Below, piece after piece: positions 9,480 through 18,123 of a DNA stretch of 24,000 nt. A model generated the notes under the pieces. The model was not told the origin of the DNA. It did no database searches and saw nothing but the letters and a program-made list of their open reading frames with translations. The position numbers were made by a program, and so were the translations under genes. Positions within the stretch are counted from its first letter, which is position 1. Each line of letters begins with the position of its first letter. This stretch comes from Thermoprotei archaeon (GTDB lineage: Archaea; Thermoproteota; Nitrososphaeria; Geothermarchaeales; JDFR-13): the NCBI GenBank assembly GCA_015661745.1, contig DQVL01000094.1, forward strand, positions 9,769-33,768, written 5' to 3'.

Positions 9480-10487
9480 ATGAGTCGATTGAAGATAGGT
9501 AAATTATCTGCTCAAGAGTTAAAAGAACTTATCTTTCCATTCTTAGGATATAATGATGAAAATATCATACTTAGACCTTCATTAGGGATAGATTCTGGGG
9601 TATTTAAAGTTGGAGATAATATTTTAGTAGCTTCTACTGACCCTATTACAGCAGCCCAACATTTAATAGGTAAGTGGGTGGTATACGTAACTACTAATGA
9701 CGTTTTGGCTTCAGGCGGTATTCCAAAGTGGTTTCTACTTAATATTCTTCTTCCAACGTCTACAACCAATCAAGAAATAAAAGAGATCATGAGAGATGTA
9801 TCATTGACATTGAATAAGATGAAAATAGCTCTTATTTCTGGACATACAGAAAGAACACCAGGTCTTATGATGCCAATAGCAATCGGAACTGCAATAGGCA
9901 TAGCTAAAAAAGTATTTCATCCAGGTAATGTTGGAATTGGAGATGAAGTATTCGTATTGGGAGAGATCGGAATTGAAGGAGCATTCATAATCTATAAAGA
10001 AAGGGAAAGCGAGTTGAAAACCGTGTTTTCTAAGGAGGAGAAAAGAGAAATAAGTAAGTTTCCCGATAAAATATCTATATATCAATACGCAACAAAACTA
10101 CTCGAACATTTTGACGAAGAAATTTTATGGATGCATGATCCAACTGAGGGAGGAGTTTATAACGGTCTTCTCGAAGTGGCTTTAGCCACAAAAAAGGTTA
10201 TTGAGATAGATTTAAAAAATATACAGTTGAACAAGATTGTAGAGAAGATATGTGACATATATCAACTAAATCCATATAAATTACTATCTTCAGGTTCTTT
10301 AATCACAATTGTAAAAAGGAATTTTTCAAAAAAGTTTATACAGAAATGTAGAGGAATGGATATGAAGCCAGTTAAAGTAGGGACTATTATTGAAGACCAT
10401 GAGATAGGAACGGTAAGACTGGAAAAGGATGTAGGTTATGACTTTTCAAATCCTGAAGTAGATGAAATATGGAGTATACTTGATTAG
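9480..10487 (+). CDS. PurM/AIR-synthase-related protein (HypE/ThiL-like superfamily), specific function unclear
   Basis: N-terminus IGKLSAQELKELIFPFLG, then GIDSGVF, ASTDPIT, TNDVLASGG and ISGHTE: the two-domain PurM-like pattern. There is no C-terminal HypE cysteine motif, so I do not call it HypE. Confidence 0.65.
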   Translation: MSRLKIGKLSAQELKELIFPFLGYNDENIILRPSLGIDSGVFKVGDNILVASTDPITAAQHLIGKWVVYVTTNDVLASGGIPKWFLLNILLPTSTTNQEIKEIMRDVSLTLNKMKIALISGHTERTPGLMMPIAIGTAIGIAKKVFHPGNVGIGDEVFVLGEIGIEGAFIIYKERESELKTVFSKEEKREISKFPDKISIYQYATKLLEHFDEEILWMHDPTEGGVYNGLLEVALATKKVIEIDLKNIQLNKIVEKICDIYQLNPYKLLSSGSLITIVKRNFSKKFIQKCRGMDMKPVKVGTIIEDHEIGTVRLEKDVGYDFSNPEVDEIWSILD

Positions 10488-11287
10488 GCGCCAAACCTTC
10501 TTGTTCTCTTTTGGTAAATTCTAACTGCTCTTAAAAAATCAATTTTTCTGAAATCGGGCCAAAAGACATCCAGAAAAACCAGTTCACTATAGGCTGCTTG
10601 CCACAAAAGAAAATTGCTTAGCCTTGACTCCCCTCCTGTGCGAAGTATTAAATCTATATCTTGATGGTCCATATGACTAGTTGACAAATACCGCTGAAAA
10701 GATTCTATATTAATATCTTCGGGGTTCAACCTTCCTTCTTTAACTTCTTTAGCTATTTTTTTGGCTGCATTAATTATATCCCATTTCCCTCCATAAAGAA
10801 AGGCAATGTTAATTGTTATACCACCATCAAAATTATAAATCCTTTCTATATCCTGTATAAGGTGAAGTAACTCCTCATCTTCCAACAGGGAGAGATTACC
10901 TATAAATTTAATATTCATCTGTTTTTTATTTCTCTCAGATTCTCTTACCAATTTAGTTAAATATTTCTTGAGTAAATTAAATATTATCTCAATCTCACTT
11001 CTATCTCTTTTAAGATAGTTTTCTGTAGATAATACAAATATAGTTAATGATTTAACCCCCAGTTCATCACACCAATTTACTATATTTTCCACTTTTTTTG
11101 CTCCCTCCGAATAAGCAATTTCTTTTTTGACTCCCTTTGCCCTGGCCCATCTACGATTCCCATCTAATATAACACCAACATGTTTAGGAATTGGACCTTT
11201 TCTTATCTCTGAAAAGAGGAGATATTCATAAATTTTGTATATACCAAATAACAAGAGAAGTTTTCTCGTAAGTATGTATTGCTTCAT
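10484..11287 (-). CDS. uppS: Undecaprenyl/di-trans,poly-cis-polyprenyl diphosphate synthase (cis-prenyltransferase)
   Basis: HVGVILDGNRRWAR, the C-terminal RTGGESRLSNFLLWQAAYSEL and then R(R)FG. These are classic UppS motifs. Confidence 0.9.
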   Translation of the reverse strand: MKQYILTRKLLLLFGIYKIYEYLLFSEIRKGPIPKHVGVILDGNRRWARAKGVKKEIAYSEGAKKVENIVNWCDELGVKSLTIFVLSTENYLKRDRSEIEIIFNLLKKYLTKLVRESERNKKQMNIKFIGNLSLLEDEELLHLIQDIERIYNFDGGITINIAFLYGGKWDIINAAKKIAKEVKEGRLNPEDINIESFQRYLSTSHMDHQDIDLILRTGGESRLSNFLLWQAAYSELVFLDVFWPDFRKIDFLRAVRIYQKRTRRFGA

Positions 11288-11294
11288 AATAAAC

Positions 11295-12395
11295 TCACTT
11301 TTTCAATTTAGAGACGGCAAACATAAGCGCACTCGTAACAAATATCGCTAAAAACCCTATTGTGATGTAAATGAAGAGATTTGAAAACGCAACTTGGGGC
11401 GAAATTAGAATATTTCCTATTTCATTAGCAACAAAATAAAACACTACTGCAGAAACCATAGCAACCGGATATTTATATAAACTATCATAATTCTCTGTTA
11501 ATATGTTGTATAAAGAAAATCCTAGTATGAAGAAAAGACTCACAGTAAGTATTGTAAGAGAAATATAGGGCATCATATGCCCCAATAATATAGCTCCATA
11601 ATCAAAGAAACGCTCTGGTTCATTTACGACTATTCTAAATTCTTCAAGACCACTTATACTTGTATACGAAAGATAAACACCGGAAAGAAGAGTTGATATT
11701 GCACCAAGGTAGGTAGCTAATTTAACATATTCATAAAAATGGGCTCGTCTAAGACTAGATAGATATTCATCTATTCCTAGGCCTTTAAAAATAAAAGAAA
11801 ATCCAATGACAATTAGACTGTAGATAAACGCAACTCTAGTAAGATCTAATAAAGATAATATACCGAAGATCAACATTATAATGCCTGGAACACCGATAAA
11901 ATACTGTTTATATGGGGATTCAGTCCAGAGCATCTTTATATACCTACCTAATACTGCATATGTTTCTTCAATGGATTTACTGTGTTTCACCACTATTCTA
12001 TGGATGGAAATAATAGGTTTCTTCGATGAAACTATAGGGATTATTTCTTCATCAGAATACCCATCAGTGACCAGGATTATGGAGTCTGCATTAAAATGTT
12101 TAAGAACTTCCTCTAATTGTTCTGATAATTTTATATCAGCCTCTACACCCCCCATCGGATCACCTGTTATCGCAGCAACCTCTACTCCTTCGAATCTGTC
12201 TTTTAATTCATTATAAAGTTTAAGAGAAGCGAATAAAGCATTACCATCTGCTTCTTCCGGATCATTTATAAGTAAATTTTTTGCTATTTCTAATACATTA
12301 TTAAAACCTATAATTGGTGTAGATGCCCCGGTTTTAATTCCTATATCATTATCTCTATCCACATTTAAGATTAATACCTTTCTATTTTTCTCCAT
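11295..12395 (-). CDS. DUF373-family membrane protein (soluble N-terminal domain plus C-terminal polytopic membrane domain)
   Basis: VLILNVDRDNDIGIKTG..TPIIG, NDPEEADGNALF, VEVAAITGD, ILVTDGYSDEEIIPI and HRIVVKHSKSIEETY match my recollection of the archaeal DUF373/COG2237 family. The C-terminal half is hydrophobic. Confidence 0.75.
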   Translation of the reverse strand: MEKNRKVLILNVDRDNDIGIKTGASTPIIGFNNVLEIAKNLLINDPEEADGNALFASLKLYNELKDRFEGVEVAAITGDPMGGVEADIKLSEQLEEVLKHFNADSIILVTDGYSDEEIIPIVSSKKPIISIHRIVVKHSKSIEETYAVLGRYIKMLWTESPYKQYFIGVPGIIMLIFGILSLLDLTRVAFIYSLIVIGFSFIFKGLGIDEYLSSLRRAHFYEYVKLATYLGAISTLLSGVYLSYTSISGLEEFRIVVNEPERFFDYGAILLGHMMPYISLTILTVSLFFILGFSLYNILTENYDSLYKYPVAMVSAVVFYFVANEIGNILISPQVAFSNLFIYITIGFLAIFVTSALMFAVSKLKK

Positions 12396-12501
12396 CCCAA
12401 AAATTAATATTCATATATAGAATTATATTGATGAAGAGCTCAGTCTAATCCTAATTAAAATATTCTGGGTCTAAAAACAATATGAAATAATAATATTTAG
12501 T

Positions 12502-13383
12502 TTAAATTAATCCATTTTCAACTAAAATAGAAAATTCTTCGAATGTTAGGCTCTCTCCCTTCTCTAATTTCTTTAGAGCTCTTTCCAATACTTCTGATTT
12601 GTTTAATATTATCTTCTTTACTTGATCAAATGTTAATCCATGGGGCTTCTTAACACCAAATTTTGATAGTAACATATTTCTCCTCTCCTGGAGACTATAC
12701 ATCTCCCGTGAGACTCTATCTAATTCGGAAGAATACATTCCTATCTCATTCTCTATTTCTAATTTGGCTTTTTGCAATCTTTCCGCTTGCTCCTTTAAAA
12801 TCCCCTCTTCTTCTCTTAATTTATCTAATTCTTCCCTTATAGATTTCATTTCTTCAATATACTTCGATAAATCTATCTGATTAAGTTTATCTCTGACAAC
12901 ATTAATTTCTTCCTTTGCAGTCATATAATCTTCATATGCTTTAAGATATGCAGATAATTCCTTAATTTGCTCAACGATTCTCTTCTCCCTCTTAGCAGAC
13001 ATATTACTAGTTTCATATATCTCCTCCAACCTTTCAAGTTCATTTCTCAATTTCTCTGGTTTCTTTGGTAATTTTGGCCTGTTCCTTAAAATTTCTCGTA
13101 ACACTCTAAGTTTACTAATAAGATTATTTCTTTCCTCTTTCATTATCTTAAACTCCTCTCGTATAATCCTATATTTTCTTCTAAGTTCCTTCTGTCTATT
13201 TACCAACTTAACTATTTCATCAATTTTTATATTTAGCTCATTAATAATAGCGCGTCTCTCCGACTTGAGCTCCTTCAATTTATCCCTTAATTCTCTATAT
13301 TTAACCTCTAACGGCGTAATTTTCTCATATAACTCCTCTAATTCTCGTAATATCTCTTCTACATTTACTGCTTCTTTTGCCAT
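12502..13383 (-). CDS. Archaeal coiled-coil protein (COG1340-like)
   Basis: 293 aa, almost entirely heptad-like and E/K/R/L-rich, as in the conserved archaeal coiled-coil family. The family assignment is from memory only. Confidence 0.6.
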   Translation of the reverse strand: MAKEAVNVEEILRELEELYEKITPLEVKYRELRDKLKELKSERRAIINELNIKIDEIVKLVNRQKELRRKYRIIREEFKIMKEERNNLISKLRVLREILRNRPKLPKKPEKLRNELERLEEIYETSNMSAKREKRIVEQIKELSAYLKAYEDYMTAKEEINVVRDKLNQIDLSKYIEEMKSIREELDKLREEEGILKEQAERLQKAKLEIENEIGMYSSELDRVSREMYSLQERRNMLLSKFGVKKPHGLTFDQVKKIILNKSEVLERALKKLEKGESLTFEEFSILVENGLI

Positions 13384-13491
13384 TGTTTCACCATTAATAT
13401 TTCCGATTATTTAAATTAATAATTATGATTATCTTGAGAGTGTTAATAATGTATTAATTTTGAACACATTTATATAAAGTTATTTAAGAAT

Positions 13492-14256
13492 TTAAGAATA
13501 ATATTCTTCTCCCCCGAACAAAATTCTAGTTATCACGGCAATTAGACTATAGAAGTTGGTTAAATATACGGCTGATATTGGCACGAAATCCGTATATATT
13601 TCATATTTCTTCATTAAAAGAAACGATTTAAAGATAAAATCAGATTCAAAAGTAGAATAATGAGTATGTAAATCCTTTTTTAATGTAAGAGGAGAACGAA
13701 AATATTTTAATAGCGTTTTTACATCTTTCTCATCTAATAAGTCTATTTTATTCAATGCAGATACGAGAGGAAAATTAAATCTCATCTTAAGCGTACCACC
13801 TAATAAAATAGATGAAACAAAGTTTCTCGGATCTTTCGCAAAAAGCCCATCAATCACATATATAATTAAGAGCTCATCTATGTCGAGTGAATCCAATATA
13901 ATTTTACCTGATGCACGATAAAGAAAAACCTCCATTTGCCCAGGAGTATCAATTATAATTAAAGGAGTGCCTATGCTTCTAATGGATTTATTTATTGACT
14001 CGACACTGTTGACCATTAAATCCATAGAAACAATTAGAGCCCCATTTGGACCCAACTTATACCTCTCCATAACTCTCCACAAATCAATTTCTTCTCTAAT
14101 ATCAAAATCTGGATTATAGGGTAAGTTTGTAGCACCTGGATCTAAATTAAAAATTGATACATCCTGCTTACGGTTTCTAAACCAATCCCATATGCTGTAT
14201 GACACCCAAGTTTTACCTGACCCGGCTAGCCCAACTATCACAACTGCTTTACTCAT
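13492..14256 (-). CDS. GPN-loop GTPase
   Basis: G1 GLAGSGKT, NLDPGA (GPN-loop region), G3 DTPGQMEVF and G4 NKIDLL. I place the start at ATG 14256 (MSKAVVIVG..), not the track start at 14301. ATG 14256 sits 1 nt after the stop of the upstream zinc-ribbon ORF and just ahead of the P-loop strand. Confidence 0.85.
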   Translation of the reverse strand: MSKAVVIVGLAGSGKTWVSYSIWDWFRNRKQDVSIFNLDPGATNLPYNPDFDIREEIDLWRVMERYKLGPNGALIVSMDLMVNSVESINKSIRSIGTPLIIIDTPGQMEVFLYRASGKIILDSLDIDELLIIYVIDGLFAKDPRNFVSSILLGGTLKMRFNFPLVSALNKIDLLDEKDVKTLLKYFRSPLTLKKDLHTHYSTFESDFIFKSFLLMKKYEIYTDFVPISAVYLTNFYSLIAVITRILFGGEEYYS

Positions 14257-14257
14257 T

Positions 14258-14452
14258 TTACTGTTTCCTTTTTTGCCACCACTCCAAATATTCATTAACA
14301 ATGTATTCCTCCTTTTCTTTTTTCTCTTCCCTCAATATATCTAGTTCATTACGAGTTAACATCATACCACAATTCAAACAAACATACATGCGGACTTTTC
14401 TATCAAATCTCATATCACCTTTACAATTTGGACATTCCACCATATTCAACAC
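14258..14452 (-). CDS. Small zinc-ribbon protein (CxxC..CxxC) with an acidic/basic C-terminal helix
   Basis: 64 aa: ECPNCKG...VCLNCG, then a charged tail ending in EYLEWWQKRKQ. The stop (14258-14260) is 1 nt from the GPN GTPase ATG. The opposite-strand ORF 14199..14456 is low-complexity and was rejected. Confidence 0.6.
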   Translation of the reverse strand: MLNMVECPNCKGDMRFDRKVRMYVCLNCGMMLTRNELDILREEKKEKEEYIVNEYLEWWQKRKQ

Positions 14453-14531
14453 CTGACTATATTGAATAATGAATATCCATGAATAATAACTTAATTCTTA
14501 ATTAATACAATTAAAAATAAGAAATAAATGT

Positions 14532-14608
14532 GCGGCCGTAGTCTAGTCTGGTAGGACGCCGGCCTCCCAAGCCGGAGGACCCGGGTTCAAATCCCGGCGG
14601 CCGCACCA
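14532..14608 (+). tRNA. tRNA-Gly (anticodon CCC), intron-less, with encoded 3' CCA
   Basis: Acceptor GCGGCCG/CGGCCGC, D arm GTCT-AGTCTGGTA-GGAC, anticodon arm CCGGC-CTCCCAA-GCCGG, variable loop AGGAC, T arm CCGGG-TTCAAAT-CCCGG, discriminator A, then CCA. Confidence 0.92.
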
Positions 14609-14614
14609 ATTTCC

Positions 14615-15943
14615 CTATTTAACTAATTCTATATATTTGTAGGCTTCTGATATGTCTTCAAAACAATACTTGATAGATTTGAATTCTTTCCTAAAAGACT
14701 TTACATCTTCTCTAACTTTTTTCGGATCTTCCTTTTTAATTATTATTTTTTCAAAGAAATCTGCTATAATGTCTGCATATTTATGGTTTATCCCTAACCG
14801 AACAATTTCTTGAACACCTATCCTTATTCCCCCAGGATTTTTAAATGATAACCCTCTTTGAGGGTCATACGGAAGTAAATTTCTATTAACTATTATACCT
14901 GCTCTTTCTAGAAGTTTTTCAATATCTCCACCCAATCCATACTCAAAGACATCTATAAGTAATTGATGGGAATCTGTGAACCCCTTTGCTTCACCAAGGA
15001 CATTAAATCCTCTACTACTTAATGATTCACCAAGTTTTTTAGCTGTTCTAACAACTTCCTTAGCATATTCCTTACCAAATGCGATCATCTCAGTTGATGC
15101 TATTGCCAAACCTGCCAATGTATGAAGATGATGATTACTTACAACACCTGGAAATACAGCCTTTTTAATAGCTTCTGAGTGTTTGTTAAACGATAAAATC
15201 GCGCCTCTTTGAGGGCCAAAAAAAGTCTTATGAGTCGACATTGAAACAACATCTGCACCCTCTTTCAAGGGATTTTGGAATTCTCCGCCTGCTATCAGAC
15301 CAGCTACATGTGCAGCGTCATAACCAACAATCGAATCATATGTTTTGAAAAATTCAGAAAGTTCCTTTACTGGATGTTCAAATAATAAAACGCTGCCTCC
15401 AAAATAGATTAATTTTGGTATACGATTATCTTTTTCCAGCTTTTTAACCTTCCTAATAGTTGCGTCAACATCTATATTCATTTCGTTAACATCAAACTCA
15501 AAATATTCGATATCCAATCCATGAACAGCACCTGCTGTACCACCAAACTCTCTTTTCCCCATAGATATGTGACCTCCCTTTGCTATAGATAGACACATCA
15601 TTACATCTCCACAGGTAGTAAAAGCTGTATATACAGCAAGGTTAGCTGTAACACCACTTATCGGTCTAACATCTACAAACTCTGCTGAAAACAATTTTTT
15701 AAAGAGGGATATAGTGATCCCCTCAACCTCATCAATGTATCTGCAGCCTGCATATACACGTTCTCCGGGCCAGCCTTCTGCATATCTATGGCCAAAATCG
15801 GAAATAATTGCTTGTTTAACAGCCTCACTTACAATATTCTCACTGGCAATTAAGGGTAAAGCAGTGCTAAAGAACATGTGGTGAGACTTTATTAACTCGA
15901 ATATTCTATCTCTAATCTCTAGGGGTGACATTCGTTCAATCAT
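14615..15943 (-). CDS. glyA: Serine hydroxymethyltransferase
   Basis: 442 aa. The PLP-lysine motif is STHKTFFGPQRG (consensus T(T/S)HKTLRGPRGG); also contains ASENIVSEAV and YAEGWPGERVYAGC. Confidence 0.92.
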   Translation of the reverse strand: MIERMSPLEIRDRIFELIKSHHMFFSTALPLIASENIVSEAVKQAIISDFGHRYAEGWPGERVYAGCRYIDEVEGITISLFKKLFSAEFVDVRPISGVTANLAVYTAFTTCGDVMMCLSIAKGGHISMGKREFGGTAGAVHGLDIEYFEFDVNEMNIDVDATIRKVKKLEKDNRIPKLIYFGGSVLLFEHPVKELSEFFKTYDSIVGYDAAHVAGLIAGGEFQNPLKEGADVVSMSTHKTFFGPQRGAILSFNKHSEAIKKAVFPGVVSNHHLHTLAGLAIASTEMIAFGKEYAKEVVRTAKKLGESLSSRGFNVLGEAKGFTDSHQLLIDVFEYGLGGDIEKLLERAGIIVNRNLLPYDPQRGLSFKNPGGIRIGVQEIVRLGINHKYADIIADFFEKIIIKKEDPKKVREDVKSFRKEFKSIKYCFEDISEAYKYIELVK

Positions 15944-16337
15944 TTTTAATCAACTCAGCATATTTTAAGGGATTAAGAAGTCTATCCAGTTCATCTCTAT
16001 CTCTTATTTTAATTTTGTATATCCACCCCTCGTTATATGGGTCTTCATTAACAATCTCTGGTTTCTCAATTAAAGATTTATTGACCTCCACGATTTTTCC
16101 GGACACAGGACTATATAATTCGGCAACTGTCTTAACAGACTCTATTTCTCCTATTTTTGCACCCATAGAAACCTCAATATTCTCATCTGGCAACTCAATG
16201 AATACTATATCCCCCAATTTATCTTGTGCATAGTCGGTTATGCCAACAATGCCAATATCTTTATCAACTAAAATCCACTCATGAGAATTTGTGTATAACC
16301 TATCTTCAGGTATGTGGTACTTAGTCACGATCATCAC
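15936..16337 (-). CDS. gcvH: Glycine cleavage system H protein (lipoyl carrier)
   Basis: YTNSHEWI, GITDYAQDKLGDIVFIELP and the lipoyl-lysine motif EIESVKTVAELYSPVSG. The start is GTG 16337 or ATG 16334. The 3' end overlaps the glyA start by 8 nt. Confidence 0.92.
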   Translation of the reverse strand: MMIVTKYHIPEDRLYTNSHEWILVDKDIGIVGITDYAQDKLGDIVFIELPDENIEVSMGAKIGEIESVKTVAELYSPVSGKIVEVNKSLIEKPEIVNEDPYNEGWIYKIKIRDRDELDRLLNPLKYAELIKND

Positions 16338-16359
16338 CTTATATATAAAAATATTTTGA

Positions 16360-17484
16360 TTATCTTATTATACGTCCATATCCATATTTTTTAATATCAT
16401 AGAGTGGAAACTTCTTTATTACAGCTTTTCTGAGTTTCCCCCTTATATCTATATTTACTTCTCTATTCTCTGGCTCATTTATCTTTCTTATATCTATATA
16501 TACCATACCAATTCCTTTTTTTAAGATAGGTGAATAGCCTCCACTAGTAACATACCCGACTACAGACTCTTCTTTATATATTTTATATCCTCTTCTCGGG
16601 ATTCCCGGTTCTATCATGACTAATCCATAACGTTTTTTCCATATTTTATATTTCGAACTTATGAGTGTCTTCTTCCCTATAAAATTAGGTTTATTTAATT
16701 TTACGACCCAGTCTAATGATGCTTCATATGGGTTTATATCCTCATCAATATCATTATCATAGAGAACATACCCCGCTTCAATTCTCAACATATCTCTTGC
16801 TCCCAATCCGCAGGCCAAACCCCCTAATTTCTCCACTTTTCCATATATTTTTCTCCAAATCGAGAAGGCATCCCCCTTATCACAAAAGAAATATATTATT
16901 TCAAAACCATCTTCTCCAGTATAACCAGATCTAGATATAACAGAACTTTTTTCTTCACCTAAAACACCAGACTCAATAAAATGGAATCTTTTTATATCGA
17001 AATCTTTATTATAAATTTCTCTGTAAACTTGGCTACTTCTAGGTCCTTGAACAGCTAACATTATACTATTTCTAGTAACATCCTTTATATTTATGGCATA
17101 ACCGACTTTATGTCTATTTAACCAATTAACAACTTTTAATCTGTTGATCGCATTAACAACTAACAGGAATCTGTATTCATCTAGCATAAAGACAGTAATA
17201 TCATCTATAATCCCCGCGTTTTCATTTAAAATTAATGAGTAATGCATTCTACCAACATAAAGATTGTTTATATCATTAGCAAGTACATAGTTAAGATATT
17301 CTTGAACATCTTCTCCCTCGACCAATATCCTACCCATATGAGAGACATCAAATATTCCAACATTATTTCTAACCGATAGATGTTCATTAGTTATAGAGGT
17401 ATAGTAAAGTGGGAGTTGGTATCCGGCAAAAAGCGTGTACTTAGCTCCCATAGACTCATGAATCTCATGAAGAGGCACTTTCAT
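16360..17484 (-). CDS. gcvT: Glycine cleavage system T protein (aminomethyltransferase)
   Basis: 374 aa. Contains PLHEIHESMGAKYTLFAGYQLPLYY, VGIFDVSHMGRILVEG, RSGYTGEDGFEI, GLGARDMLRIEAG and YVTSGGYSP. Confidence 0.92.
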   Translation of the reverse strand: MKVPLHEIHESMGAKYTLFAGYQLPLYYTSITNEHLSVRNNVGIFDVSHMGRILVEGEDVQEYLNYVLANDINNLYVGRMHYSLILNENAGIIDDITVFMLDEYRFLLVVNAINRLKVVNWLNRHKVGYAINIKDVTRNSIMLAVQGPRSSQVYREIYNKDFDIKRFHFIESGVLGEEKSSVISRSGYTGEDGFEIIYFFCDKGDAFSIWRKIYGKVEKLGGLACGLGARDMLRIEAGYVLYDNDIDEDINPYEASLDWVVKLNKPNFIGKKTLISSKYKIWKKRYGLVMIEPGIPRRGYKIYKEESVVGYVTSGGYSPILKKGIGMVYIDIRKINEPENREVNIDIRGKLRKAVIKKFPLYDIKKYGYGRIIR

Positions 17485-17539
17485 AATTATGAAATTTTTA
17501 GATCATCTATATTTTTGTATTATATTATAGGTGAATATG

Positions 17540-17713
17540 TTACTGATCTTCATCAATGGGTCTTATAATTATCTTTAAATTTTTACCTATTTCAAGCTTT
17601 TTTCCACAATATTTACAGATTTCTAGTGAAGATACGAATTTCTCTAAATTTATTATATTATACCCAATATAGAAGATTTCACCACAGTTTTTACAGCGTA
17701 TGACTATGGGCAT
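17540..17713 (-). CDS. Unlisted 57-aa zinc-ribbon protein (MPIVIRCKNCGEIFYIGYNIINLEKFVSSLEICKYCGKKLEIGKNLKIIIRPIDEDQ)
   Basis: I translated this by hand from the minus strand: ATG at 17713, TAA at 17540-17542. It has two CxxC pairs (C7/C10 and C33/C36). It falls below the length cutoff of the supplied track. A TATA-like TTTATAA lies 28-34 nt upstream of the ATG. Confidence 0.55.
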   Translation of the reverse strand: MPIVIRCKNCGEIFYIGYNIINLEKFVSSLEICKYCGKKLEIGKNLKIIIRPIDEDQ

Positions 17714-17740
17714 AAAGTTATCAATATAATGTAATTAGCA

Positions 17741-17756
17741 TTATAAAATTTAAAAT
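17741..17756. promoter_or_regulatory. Back-to-back TATA-like boxes in a 74-bp divergent intergenic region
   Basis: The + strand reads ttataaaatttaaaat. TTTATAA on the minus strand lies about 28 nt from ATG 17713. TTTAAAAT on the plus strand lies about 32 nt from ATG 17788. Both spacings fit leaderless archaeal transcripts. Confidence 0.35.
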
Positions 17757-17787
17757 TCATTAAGCTGCATCATAATAATTTATTATA

Positions 17788-18123
17788 ATGACTTTATACA
17801 ACAAAATAGAAAAGATATTGAAATATAGAGTAAATAGAATGTTATCTAAGGGTCTACTGAAAAAACAGAATTTTGAAAGATTGACTCATTTCCTTATCAT
17901 AGGCTTTTTTATCGTTTTCATAAGCGGTCTGCCAAGCCTAACAGATAGAAACGTGTCCTTAACTATTTTGTTTTTTGTAATAAACGTAATTTATGGGACA
18001 TCGATGTTTATTGTACTAAGAAACATAGAATATAAGAGTAGAGATTATTTCTTGATCCTTGTGGGCATCACAGTTGTTATAATAACTTTACTCTTTAACA
18101 TCTGGATTGGATTCATAAGGTGA
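17788..18123 (+). CDS. Small membrane protein (about 3 transmembrane segments)
   Basis: 111 aa with a basic N-terminus and three hydrophobic stretches: HFLIIGFFIVFISGL, LTILFFVINVIYGTSMFIVL and FLILVGITVVIITLLFNIWIGF. Confidence 0.55.
   Translation: MTLYNKIEKILKYRVNRMLSKGLLKKQNFERLTHFLIIGFFIVFISGLPSLTDRNVSLTILFFVINVIYGTSMFIVLRNIEYKSRDYFLILVGITVVIITLLFNIWIGFIR

Noticed and set aside
9480-10487. Calling this ORF HypE (hydrogenase maturation)
   Set aside because: The PurM-like fold motifs are present, but the C-terminal cysteine-containing HypE tail is absent and no hyp or hydrogenase genes are nearby. I kept it at superfamily level.
12396-12501. Candidate C/D-box sRNAs in this and other intergenic regions (TGATGA at 12429-12434; GATGAT/GATGAA-like strings at 20470-20510 and 1866-1885)
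   Set aside because: No correctly oriented and spaced D box (CTGA) or C'/D' pair accompanies any of them. The TGATGA-like strings are expected by chance in AT-rich DNA, and some are simply start-codon contexts.
14606-14608. Encoded CCA on tRNA-Gly only, not on the other three tRNAs
   Set aside because: Genomic CCA is variable among archaeal tRNA genes. With four genes this is not distinguishable from chance.
17540-17713. Possible identity of the 57-aa zinc-ribbon protein as LysW, RpoP or Spt4
   Set aside because: LysW needs an acidic C-terminus ending in Glu (..EDWGE), but this protein ends ..IDEDQ and is basic overall. RpoP and Spt4 have different Cys spacing and flanking motifs. It is left as an uncharacterised zinc ribbon.
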